DNA from: Bdellovibrionales bacterium
Lineage (GTDB): Bacteria; Bdellovibrionota; Bdellovibrionia; Bdellovibrionales; JAMPXM01
Assembly: GCA_043720435.1 (NCBI GenBank)
Contig: JAYSST010000509.1
Span: forward strand, 1-25,026
Reading direction: 5' to 3'
DNA: 25,026 nt
A program made the position numbers and the translations under genes. The notes under the pieces were generated by a model. It was not told the origin of the DNA. It did no database searches and worked only from the letters and a program-made list of their open reading frames with translations. Numbering within the stretch: the first letter of the stretch is position 1; every line of letters begins with the position of its first letter. Below are positions 1 to 8,120 of this stretch, in pieces.

Positions 1-1
1 T

Positions 2-1135
2 CGAGTTCCACCACCCGGATTCAGAATCGTCGGCAAAAGTGATTCGGATCACGCGGCTGCGATGAAAGGCGATCGCGTATGGGCCGTTCAATTTCATCCT
101 GAAGTCGCACATACGAATCAAGGAATCGAAATTCTACGCGAGTATACCTCGACTCTTTGTGGCGCGAAACCCGACTGGAAATCAGCCACTATCGCAGAAC
201 ACCTCATTCAAGGTATTCGCGACCGCGTCGGTCCAACGGACAAAGTTTTGTGCGGTCTCTCGGGCGGCGTCGATTCGTCTGTCGTCGCAGCATTGCTAAC
301 CAAAGCGCTCGAACCCGATCGCGTTTTCTGTGTCTTCGTTAATAACGGCCTTTTGCGAAAAAACGAATATGACGAAGTCCTTCGTCAGTATCGTGCGATT
401 GGTTTGAATGTGACAGGTGTCGACGCAGAAGAGATTTTTCTAGATGCTCTTGCGGGTCTCGAGGAGCCCGAAGCAAAAAGAAAAGCAATCGGGCGGGTGT
501 TCATCGATGTCTTTGTTGAGGCCGCTCGGAAAACGGGACAGAAATACGATTGGTTAGCGCAAGGTACGCTCTACCCAGACGTCATCGAGAGTGTATCTCC
601 GCGTGGTGCATCCGTGACGATAAAATCTCATCACAACGTCGGCGGATTACCTGCGAAAATGAACATGAAACTGGTCGAACCGTTGCGCGAACTTTTTAAG
701 GATGAAGTTCGCGAAATTGGGCGCGAGTTAGATTTGCCGTCCGAAATTCTAGGACGTCATCCGTTTCCGGGACCGGGCCTCGCCATTCGGTGCATGGGCG
801 ATGTTTCGAGAGAGAAACTCGATATCATCAAGGAAGCCGACTACATCTTCATTTCGGCTCTCAAAGAAAAAGGTTTGTATAATAAAATTTGGCAAGCGTT
901 CTGCGTCTTGCTTCCAGTTCGAACAGTGGGCGTGCAAGGAGACGCACGAACGTACGATCGGGTTCTAGCTCTAAGAGCTGTCACGTCGACTGATGGGATG
1001 ACAGCGGATTGGTATCCCTTCGAATTCGATTTCCTACGTGACGTTTCGAACCGCATCACGAATCAAGTGAAGGGCGTAAACCGCGTTGTCTATGATGTTA
1101 CCTCCAAACCTCCTGGCACCATCGAGTGGGAGTAG
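2..1135 (+). CDS. guaA: GMP synthase (glutamine-hydrolysing), 5' end outside the window
   Basis: Frame is open from base 2 (RVPPPGFRIVG...). It carries GATase motif VQFHPEV, PP-loop CGLSGGVDSSV, QGTLYPDVIES, KSHHNVGG, RHPFPGPGLAIR and C-terminal KPPGTIEWE. Confidence 0.98.
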   Translation, partial: RVPPPGFRIVGKSDSDHAAAMKGDRVWAVQFHPEVAHTNQGIEILREYTSTLCGAKPDWKSATIAEHLIQGIRDRVGPTDKVLCGLSGGVDSSVVAALLTKALEPDRVFCVFVNNGLLRKNEYDEVLRQYRAIGLNVTGVDAEEIFLDALAGLEEPEAKRKAIGRVFIDVFVEAARKTGQKYDWLAQGTLYPDVIESVSPRGASVTIKSHHNVGGLPAKMNMKLVEPLRELFKDEVREIGRELDLPSEILGRHPFPGPGLAIRCMGDVSREKLDIIKEADYIFISALKEKGLYNKIWQAFCVLLPVRTVGVQGDARTYDRVLALRAVTSTDGMTADWYPFEFDFLRDVSNRITNQVKGVNRVVYDVTSKPPGTIEWE

Positions 1136-1226
1136 CCAAAGGGACGTCGGCCAGGTCGACATTAGGCGTTCTGAAAATTTAATCTCGATTTGGACGACTT
1201 CTTTTGAGTCGAGTTGGCTGTAGAAT

Positions 1227-1255
1227 TTGAAACTCTCTCGGTGGTCGATTAAACT
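1227..1255 (+). promoter_or_regulatory. sigma70-type promoter for the small transcript downstream of guaA
   Basis: TTGAAA (1227-1232), 17-nt spacer, TAAACT (1250-1255). Predicted start about 1261-1262. Confidence 0.6.
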
Positions 1256-1294
1256 GGGAACATCCGAGACAAAAGAAACCCATAAAGGATGTGT

Positions 1295-1411
1295 ATGATT
1301 CTATCGCATGCGTTTCGTACGTTTGCAGAGATGTCGATTGATTCAGGTCTTTGTCCATTGGCTGTAGGCTTTATCCCGGCAGCACCACCAGGCGGAAATC
1401 TGCCACTCTAA
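1295..1411 (+). CDS. Small ORF, 38 aa, MILSHAFRTFAEMSIDSGLCPLAVGFIPAAPPGGNLPL (absent from the ORF track)
   Basis: SD AAAGGA at 1284-1289, 5 nt before ATG 1295; TAA at 1409-1411. It sits between a promoter and a terminator. No homology evidence is available. Confidence 0.5.
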   Translation: MILSHAFRTFAEMSIDSGLCPLAVGFIPAAPPGGNLPL

Positions 1412-1455
1412 AACAAAATGAAATAGACTGTTCCTGTGTGGCGACAGTCGCGTAT

Positions 1456-1489
1456 AAAACCGACCTTCTCGAGAGGTCGGTTTTTTTTT
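1456..1489 (+). terminator. Intrinsic terminator
   Basis: Perfect 11-bp stem AAAACCGACCT/AGGTCGGTTTT with a 7-nt loop and a T9 run (1481-1489). Confidence 0.9.
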
Positions 1490-1580
1490 CGTCGATCTAA
1501 TCGAACTCATCCGCGGAAATTGCCGCGAGGAATTTTACCACGTGAGTTCCTGTTTTCCGTGCGGGCGTGACGGTAGGCCG

Positions 1581-1596
1581 AGGCTCGGAAATTGCT
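1581..1596 (+). promoter_or_regulatory. sigma54 (RpoN) -24/-12 promoter candidate
   Basis: AGGCTCGGAAATTGCT matches 10 of 12 defined positions of TGGCACG-N4-TTGCW with exact GG-N10-GC spacing, 40 nt upstream of ATG 1637. Confidence 0.6.
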
Positions 1597-1636
1597 CTCT
1601 TTAAATTGCTCCAGTCGAATCGAGCAGGAGAATGCA

Positions 1637-2335
1637 ATGAGAACTCGTTTTCGTTATGCCCACGCGAGAATTTTCTTAACTTCCTTTTTAATATCGATTC
1701 CGATTTCCGTATTTTCTGCAGACGAGACAACAAAGCCGGTTGAGAAAGTAATTCTTGATCGTTTGAAATCAATCGAAAATCTAGCCGTGCAAGCGACGCA
1801 AGACGCGGAACCTGCTTTAGCTCTCTATAAGGCAGAGGTAAGAAGCGCTATTCAGGAAGCGAAGTTGGAAATAAAACTTCTCACGATAAATCCGAGCATT
1901 CAGCAATGCAACGATGGTTTCGAGCGGTGGCGGACCTGTATCGAGGCCGCGAGAGAAATTAGAAAGATCTTAGTGGCTGCGTTTACTCGTCACAATCTTC
2001 CAGCTCGAGAGGCCGAATTGCGAGATCGACTGAAGCAGTTCGCGGACAGTGTCAACGCTTCCGGGGTCTTTGCTCCTTTGCCACAGGTTGATCTGAATCA
2101 AGGGTTATTGAAGGCACTGAACGATCAGGTCATCAAAAGCGTTTATGAATTGCATGAAGCCCTTGCTCGCGCGTTTGGAAAGTTCGCTGCGGTTTCCACT
2201 CGGGCTTCAGCAACGGCTATTTTTAGTCCGATGTTGCAGGTGGCCGAGCGACCGACATCCGAAAAAGTGGATCTGATTTCGTTGTACACAAACAGTTTTG
2301 ACGCGGCTATCGCAGAACTACAGTTGCCCAAGTGA
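1637..2335 (+). CDS. Hypothetical secreted alpha-helical protein, paralog A (232 aa)
   Basis: SD AGGAG at 1626-1630 favours ATG 1637 over the track start 1592. Signal-peptide-like N-terminus ending VFS/ADE. Aligns end to end with the next ORF. Confidence 0.85.
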   Translation: MRTRFRYAHARIFLTSFLISIPISVFSADETTKPVEKVILDRLKSIENLAVQATQDAEPALALYKAEVRSAIQEAKLEIKLLTINPSIQQCNDGFERWRTCIEAAREIRKILVAAFTRHNLPAREAELRDRLKQFADSVNASGVFAPLPQVDLNQGLLKALNDQVIKSVYELHEALARAFGKFAAVSTRASATAIFSPMLQVAERPTSEKVDLISLYTNSFDAAIAELQLPK

Positions 2336-3129
2336 GCATCCAAGACGTTCTCCTAAATTTGGTTTCTCGAGCGGGGTTGTTACTCGGAGTGCTGACATTC
2401 ATACCAACCATTGTGTTCGCTGCCGAAATGCTAAAGACCGAGATTTCAATCGTCGATCGGCATAAGACGCTCGAAGGAATTGCGATGCAAGTTTCCCGCG
2501 ACGCTGAATTAACCCTGCATCTTTATCAAATGGCCATGAATATGGCCATCGAAGAGGCTAAGGTCGAACTGCAAACGCTGCGGGGCACCCAGTACGTACA
2601 GCAGTGTTCAATCGGCGTTGATCGTATCAACACTTGTCTCTTCGCATGGCGGGACGCGACGAAAATATTAGATGCTGCATTTGTTCGACGAAACGTTTCG
2701 GGTACGACAAATGAATTTCGCATGCGCCTCATGCTTATTGCCGAACACGCAAATCGAGGAGGAAGTTTTGCGCCTCTTTCGACTGTTGAACTAAACGTCG
2801 ATGTTGTTTCTTATGTCATGGAGAACCGCCGATTGCGAAAGAGCGCGGATCTGCAACGGTCCATCTTGCGCACAGTCACTGGCTTGGGAAATGCCCTTAT
2901 CAACAACTCGTCTATTTTGATTTCGACGCGGGCCATACTCGAGCCGATGCGTGTGATGGCCGAGCGACCAGCGTCCGAGCGAGTCGACGTTATCTGGATC
3001 CTCACGAATGCCTTGGAATCAGCTCAGAACGAATTAAATCGGGCGAAAATAGATCCGAATCGCGAGGGTAAGCCCTTTAGCCTTCATAAAGTGCTTCCAC
3101 TGCGCATTACGGGGCAATCCGGCTTCTGA
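2332..3129 (+). CDS. Hypothetical secreted alpha-helical protein, paralog B (265 aa)
   Basis: GTG start overlaps the upstream TGA (GTGA). Signal-peptide-like N-terminus ending VFA/AE. Shares DAE, EAK, QQC..G..R..TC, KIL.AAF.R.N, FAPL and AERP.SE.VD blocks with paralog A. Confidence 0.85.
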   Translation: MSIQDVLLNLVSRAGLLLGVLTFIPTIVFAAEMLKTEISIVDRHKTLEGIAMQVSRDAELTLHLYQMAMNMAIEEAKVELQTLRGTQYVQQCSIGVDRINTCLFAWRDATKILDAAFVRRNVSGTTNEFRMRLMLIAEHANRGGSFAPLSTVELNVDVVSYVMENRRLRKSADLQRSILRTVTGLGNALINNSSILISTRAILEPMRVMAERPASERVDVIWILTNALESAQNELNRAKIDPNREGKPFSLHKVLPLRITGQSGF

Positions 3130-3173
3130 AATGCTGCAAAGCGCAGCGGTTCGTAAACCCCGGCCCATGAACT

Positions 3174-3202
3174 TTGGCGATTTCTTTGAAACGCAGTAGG
3201 GT
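3174..3202 (+). promoter_or_regulatory. sigma70-type promoter candidate for dnaE (possibly leaderless mRNA)
   Basis: TTGGCG (3174-3179), 17-nt spacer, TAGGGT (3197-3202), then 7 nt to ATG 3210. Confidence 0.45.
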
Positions 3203-3209
3203 AATCGCC

Positions 3210-6200
3210 ATGTCGACAGACGTAATTCCGGCGAAAGATTCCGAAAAATCTTCCGCCAATTCCTTCGTACATCTTCACGTGCATTCCCAGTATTCGTTGC
3301 TGGAGTCGACGATCCGCGTGAAAAAAATGTGCGAGCGCGCGCAAAAGCTCGAGATGCCGGCCGTGGCGCTCACGGACAGCGGAAACCTGTTTGGCGCGGC
3401 TGAGTTTTTTTTCACTGCGAAGGACTATGGCCTCAAACCGATTATTGGAATCGACGCTTACATCGCGCCGAAAACGAGGTTTGTAAAAGGGGAAGACCGC
3501 GAAGCGACTCAGATGCCGAATCGTCGCATTGTGCTGCTCGCTCAAGACGCCGAGGGTTATCAGAACCTCTGCCGGCTTTCGACCATCGGATATCAAGAAG
3601 GCTTCTACTACAAGCCACGACTCGATTGGGACGTCATAAAGCAGTATGCCGGAGGGTTGCTCGCACTGACGGGTGGAACTATGGGCGAAGTCGGACACGC
3701 CTTCACTCGCTTCGGACCAGACGCGGCCCTCGCAAAGATTCGTGAGATGAAAGAGGTCTTCGGTGACCGGCTTTATTTAGAAGTGAATCGCACGGGAACG
3801 CCTGAGTGGACCGATCTCGTTCCCTTCTTGAAAGAGGCTTCGAAAATAACGGGCGTACCGCTGGTTGCCGCTAACAACGTTCATTACCTCGATCAAGCGG
3901 ATCAAATTGGCCAAGAAGTTTTGATCTGCATCGGTTCGAACAAAACGTTGCACGACGAAAGCCGACATCGGCTTGGCAGCGATCAGTTTTATTTTAAGAC
4001 TCCCGCAGAAATGCGGACACTGTTTCGAGATATGCCAGAGGCATGTGACCGAACGTTGGAAGTGGCTGATCGCTGCAACGTGAAATTCAAAGTCAAAGAT
4101 GACGCTGGAAAAGCGATTTATCATCTTCCTTATTTCACTGCGGACGATGGAACTCCGCCGCAAGTGTTGATGCGCAAAATGGCCGACGAAGGATTGGCCG
4201 AACGATTTCGCGAAGCCGACGAAATCGGGACACCGGTATCTGCAGAGAAGCGTCCAGAATACGTCAGTCGCATGGAGTACGAACTCGACGTCATCGAAAA
4301 GATGGGATTCACGTCGTACTTTCTCATCGTTGCCGACTTTATTAAGTGGGCGAAGGATAATGGAATTCCGGTGGGCCCCGGACGAGGTTCGGGCGCCGGT
4401 TCGCTCGCAGCGTATTGTTTAAGAATCACAGATCTTGATCCCATTCCTTACGCACTGCTGTTCGAGCGCTTTCTAAATCCCGAACGTATCTCGATGCCCG
4501 ATTTTGATATCGATTTCTGTCAGGAGCGGCGACAGGAAGTTATTCGTTATGTGACGGACAGATACGGTGCTGACAACGTTTCGCAAATCATTACTTACGG
4601 AAAATTACAGACGCGTGCGGCGATCAAAGATGTGGGCCGAGTTCTTGGAATGACGTTTGCTGAAGTTGACGTCATCACGAAACTGATTCCCGAGCGTTTG
4701 GGAATTTCAATTCAAGAAGCGATTGACGATGAGCCTCGCTTACGCGAACAAATTGAACAGAATCCGCAAATCGCAAACTTGATTGATTTAGCAAAAAAAA
4801 TCGAAGGTCTCGTGCGAAACGCCGGTATCCACGCCGCTGGCGTTGTGATCGGTGATGCTCCGCTCGTTACTTATGCTCCGCTCTATCGCGGGGCCGAAGG
4901 TGAACGTGTCGTTCAGTACGACATGAAGTGGGCAGAGAAAATCGGCCTGATTAAGTTCGATTTCCTGGGTCTAAAGACTCTCACACATATTCAGAACGCG
5001 TTGAACCTCGTTGCCGAAAACCGCGGCCGTCGGCTAGCAGCTCGCGAAATTCCGATTCATGATCCTGGAATCTATGAGCTCATGGCGAAGGGCGATTTGC
5101 TTGGAGTCTTCCAGTTTGAAGGCGACGGTATTACCGGTGCCGTGAAATCGATAAAGCCGAAAGGCTTCGAAGATATCACTGCCATCAACGCACTTTACCG
5201 GCCCGGGCCGATGGATATGATTCCCGAGTATACGAGAAAGTTTCACGGCGAAGAAGAGGTTGAGTATCTCTTCCCAGAACTCGAGCCAATTCTTCGTGAG
5301 ACTTATGGAATCATTATCTATCAAGAGCAGGTTATGGCGATTGCATCGCGGATCGCTAGCTACTCGCTTGGTGAAGCCGATATGCTTCGACGGGCGATGG
5401 GTAAAAAAATCGCAAGCGAAATGATTCAGCAGAAAGAACGTTTCATGGATGGAGCCGCGGAAAACGGCTTCGACAAGAAAAAGGCTGACGAACTTTTCGA
5501 ATTGATGGCTAAATTTGCCAATTACGGATTCAACAAATCGCACGCTGCCGCCTACTGCGTGATCAGCGCCCAGACGGCTTGGTTGAAGCGTTATTATCCC
5601 GTCGAATTCTATGCAGCCTTGCTTTCAACCGAGATGTCGAACACCGACAACATTGTACGCTACGTGAAAAATGCGCAGGCGCACGGAATCAAGGTTGAAC
5701 CGCCGCACATCAATCACTCCGAGTATAAATTCAGCGTGAAGGGTGACACCATGTTCTTCTCGCTCGGCGCGATTAAAGGTGTCGGTGAAGGTGCCGTCGG
5801 CGCGATTGTACAAGCAAGAAAAGATGCTGGCGGAAAATTCGACACGCTAGCGCAGTTTTTCGAAACGGTCGACATCAAGAAGATCAACAAGAAGGTCGTC
5901 GAGTGCCTGATCAAGTGCGGAGCCTTCGAAGGGTTCGGCTATCATCAGGCGCAACTGATGGAAGGTTACGAAAGATTTTTCAAGCGTGCCGAGAACGCGA
6001 GACGCGACAAAGAAGTTGGTCAAAGTTCTTTGTTTTCGATGTTGAGCGACGCGGGCACGGCGGATTCCGCGGAGCGGGTCATTTTGGATGAAACGCGCCC
6101 GTGGCCCCGCGCAATGAAATTACAAAGTGAAAAAGAAGTTATTGGCTTTTATTTGAGTGATCATCCTCTCGCCGGACTCGACAAGATCTATAAGATTTGG

Positions 6201-6794
6201 GTGACAAGCGAGATCGCCGGTCTGGTTAATGAAGCGTCAGACAAACGTGTCGTCATCGCGGGTCTGGTAACTTCGCTGCGGGAAATTATCAGTAAAAAGG
6301 GATCTCGTATGGCCTTTGGTCAACTCGAAGATCTCTCTGGCAACGTCGAACTGATCATATTTCCGGAAGCGTTTGTAAAAGCCGAGATGGCTTTGAAATC
6401 TGACCTACCGCTTCTGGTTGGCGGTAACTTGAAAAAAGAAAACGACTCGATCAAAATTCTTGTCGACCGTGTGGCTCCGCTAGAAGAAGTCTTAAGCAAA
6501 TCTAAATCGATGACGATGAAAATCGATGCATCGATGCGTGATAAATTAGCGGATCTCCATCATCTTTTATCTCGCTTCCCCGGCAAGACCGGTGTTGAAA
6601 TCGAAATGCAGATCGAACTCGATCTCGAAGATGAGGGTGATCGCGAAATCGCCGCGGCTGGCAAGCGTTCAAGCCTGAAAAAGACCGTGACGATGGATGT
6701 TGCGGATCCGCAAGGCATCATGGTCACAAATGCGTTCTTTGAGGACTTGCACGGACTTTTCGGTCATACGGACTTTATTGAAATCCGCGGTTAA
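3210..6794 (+). CDS. dnaE: DNA polymerase III alpha subunit
   Basis: PHP motif FVHLHVHSQYSLL, GRGSGAGSL, catalytic FERFLNPERISMPDFDIDF, KFDFLGL, YGFNKSHA, clamp-binding-like QSSLF and a C-terminal OB fold. ATG 3210 is preferred over TTG 3174. Confidence 0.98.
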   Translation: MSTDVIPAKDSEKSSANSFVHLHVHSQYSLLESTIRVKKMCERAQKLEMPAVALTDSGNLFGAAEFFFTAKDYGLKPIIGIDAYIAPKTRFVKGEDREATQMPNRRIVLLAQDAEGYQNLCRLSTIGYQEGFYYKPRLDWDVIKQYAGGLLALTGGTMGEVGHAFTRFGPDAALAKIREMKEVFGDRLYLEVNRTGTPEWTDLVPFLKEASKITGVPLVAANNVHYLDQADQIGQEVLICIGSNKTLHDESRHRLGSDQFYFKTPAEMRTLFRDMPEACDRTLEVADRCNVKFKVKDDAGKAIYHLPYFTADDGTPPQVLMRKMADEGLAERFREADEIGTPVSAEKRPEYVSRMEYELDVIEKMGFTSYFLIVADFIKWAKDNGIPVGPGRGSGAGSLAAYCLRITDLDPIPYALLFERFLNPERISMPDFDIDFCQERRQEVIRYVTDRYGADNVSQIITYGKLQTRAAIKDVGRVLGMTFAEVDVITKLIPERLGISIQEAIDDEPRLREQIEQNPQIANLIDLAKKIEGLVRNAGIHAAGVVIGDAPLVTYAPLYRGAEGERVVQYDMKWAEKIGLIKFDFLGLKTLTHIQNALNLVAENRGRRLAAREIPIHDPGIYELMAKGDLLGVFQFEGDGITGAVKSIKPKGFEDITAINALYRPGPMDMIPEYTRKFHGEEEVEYLFPELEPILRETYGIIIYQEQVMAIASRIASYSLGEADMLRRAMGKKIASEMIQQKERFMDGAAENGFDKKKADELFELMAKFANYGFNKSHAAAYCVISAQTAWLKRYYPVEFYAALLSTEMSNTDNIVRYVKNAQAHGIKVEPPHINHSEYKFSVKGDTMFFSLGAIKGVGEGAVGAIVQARKDAGGKFDTLAQFFETVDIKKINKKVVECLIKCGAFEGFGYHQAQLMEGYERFFKRAENARRDKEVGQSSLFSMLSDAGTADSAERVILDETRPWPRAMKLQSEKEVIGFYLSDHPLAGLDKIYKIWVTSEIAGLVNEASDKRVVIAGLVTSLREIISKKGSRMAFGQLEDLSGNVELIIFPEAFVKAEMALKSDLPLLVGGNLKKENDSIKILVDRVAPLEEVLSKSKSMTMKIDASMRDKLADLHHLLSRFPGKTGVEIEMQIELDLEDEGDREIAAAGKRSSLKKTVTMDVADPQGIMVTNAFFEDLHGLFGHTDFIEIRG

Positions 6795-6812
6795 TGATAA
6801 AGGTGGTTCTTA

Positions 6813-8048
6813 GTGAAACATAATTGCTTCTCATCGCTTCTTACCATCTCGCTCATCATTATTTGTCTCGAATCTAAAAGTTACGGGCAAAATAATGATG
6901 ACGAACTGTTATTGGTAACGACCGAGGGAACGTCGAAAGCATCTTCGCAAGTCGAAGCGACGCGAGAAATTCAATCACGGGCGCTGACTGGGACGGCTCG
7001 TGAACAAGTCATCGAGATCATCGGCGACAAACGCTATGCAAAAAACAAAGCGATAGTGGAAAGCCGGATTGTTCGCGAAGCGGCAAAATTTATTCCGTTT
7101 GTACAGCCGGGCGATATCGTAAAGCTTCCAGATGGCTCGTGGAAAATGAAATTGGACTTGCGAGTTTCGCTCGGCAGTCTACGAAAAATGGTGATCGACA
7201 CGGGCCTTCTTTCGGACGCCGACACGCCTGTAACGGTCTTGCCGATGATCGCATTTACGGATCGCGTGAAAGCAGTCAGCTACCGTTGGTGGATGGGTGA
7301 TTCTCGCGACGATTCACGAAAGTCGGTGGTGGAGTGGGCTCGCATTGTTCACCAAGGGCTGCACAAAGAACTGATGCATCAGGGATTTCATCTTCAACTG
7401 CCACTGAGTGGCACGTTGTCGAACGCCATTCCACCGGTTTTTCGAGTCGACCGCGCTTCAAGTCAGGATTTGAAACAGCTCGGCGAATATCTCGGAATTT
7501 CAATGGCATTGCGAGGCGATGTTCGCGTGAAAGATTCGAAGGAATCGCTTGGCGGCTGGCAAATTCAAGTACGCCTTGAAGTTATTCCGGTGCAAGGCGG
7601 CCGAACGGTCGCTGAGATTAGCCGAGAGTTCGAAACTGAGGCGGGGCCTTCGGAGATTATCGTGAAACGTAAACTTGAAAAAGAGATTAGCGAAATGTCG
7701 AAAGACCTAGCTTCTCAAGTTCATGAGGCGTGGACGCGGGGCACTTTAGCTGCAACCACTTTGCGACTGGCGGTAAAAGGCGGTCTTTCGCCGAAGCAAC
7801 TGAGTGACTTCCGGACGCAATTTACGAAAGCGCTTCGCGATATCAAGGCGATGCGCGAACGATTGTTCGAGCCGGGCAGAGTGGTTTTTGAAATCGACTA
7901 TGCGGCAACGCCAGAGGAATTTCGCGATCGTCTAAAAGGGATTGCGCTTCCTGGCTTCACTGAAAAGCTCATCGTCGATGCCGAACTCGGCGCCGCCGAC
8001 GGCACGACCGTACCTTTCACTCTAGAAGTGAAGCCTAAGACGCTTTAA
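6813..8048 (+). CDS. Exported hypothetical protein, FlgT-N-like/DUF2066-like architecture
   Basis: GTG start 18 nt after the dnaE stop, SD-like AAGGTGG upstream, hydrophobic signal peptide. The family call is pattern recognition only; the ORF itself is well supported. Confidence 0.6.
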   Translation: MKHNCFSSLLTISLIIICLESKSYGQNNDDELLLVTTEGTSKASSQVEATREIQSRALTGTAREQVIEIIGDKRYAKNKAIVESRIVREAAKFIPFVQPGDIVKLPDGSWKMKLDLRVSLGSLRKMVIDTGLLSDADTPVTVLPMIAFTDRVKAVSYRWWMGDSRDDSRKSVVEWARIVHQGLHKELMHQGFHLQLPLSGTLSNAIPPVFRVDRASSQDLKQLGEYLGISMALRGDVRVKDSKESLGGWQIQVRLEVIPVQGGRTVAEISREFETEAGPSEIIVKRKLEKEISEMSKDLASQVHEAWTRGTLAATTLRLAVKGGLSPKQLSDFRTQFTKALRDIKAMRERLFEPGRVVFEIDYAATPEEFRDRLKGIALPGFTEKLIVDAELGAADGTTVPFTLEVKPKTL

Positions 8049-8092
8049 ACGCGGTTAATCGATACCGCGCCGGTCGGAAGTCCCGTCTGGGT

Positions 8093-8120
8093 TTCGCACT
8101 GGAGCCACTCCGTTTACAAT
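8093..8120 (+). promoter_or_regulatory. sigma70-type promoter candidate (leaderless start at ATG 8127)
   Basis: TTCGCA (8093-8098), 16-nt spacer, TACAAT (8115-8120), 6 nt to the in-frame second ATG. No SD at normal spacing. Confidence 0.35.

Noticed and set aside
1375-1390. CCCGGCAGCACCACCA resembles a tmRNA/tRNA 3' end (possible att site)
   Set aside because: There is no TTCGA T-loop upstream and no partner copy; the bases are explained as Pro-Ala-Ala-Pro-Pro codons.
1256-1435. 6S RNA or riboswitch: GGGAACA (1256-1262) can pair with TGTTCCT (1429-1435), enclosing ~180 nt
   Set aside because: The flanks inside this stem are both A-rich and do not form the long 6S duplex. I found no c-di-GMP, purine, TPP or cobalamin consensus.
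1100-3210. Integrated island at the guaA 3' end, a known integration hotspot
   Set aside because: I saw no duplication of the guaA 3' sequence before dnaE and no integrase; the insert may still be accessory.
3210-6794. Intein or split in dnaE
   Set aside because: Normal length, continuous motifs, and the usual insertion site reads NYGFNKSH uninterrupted.
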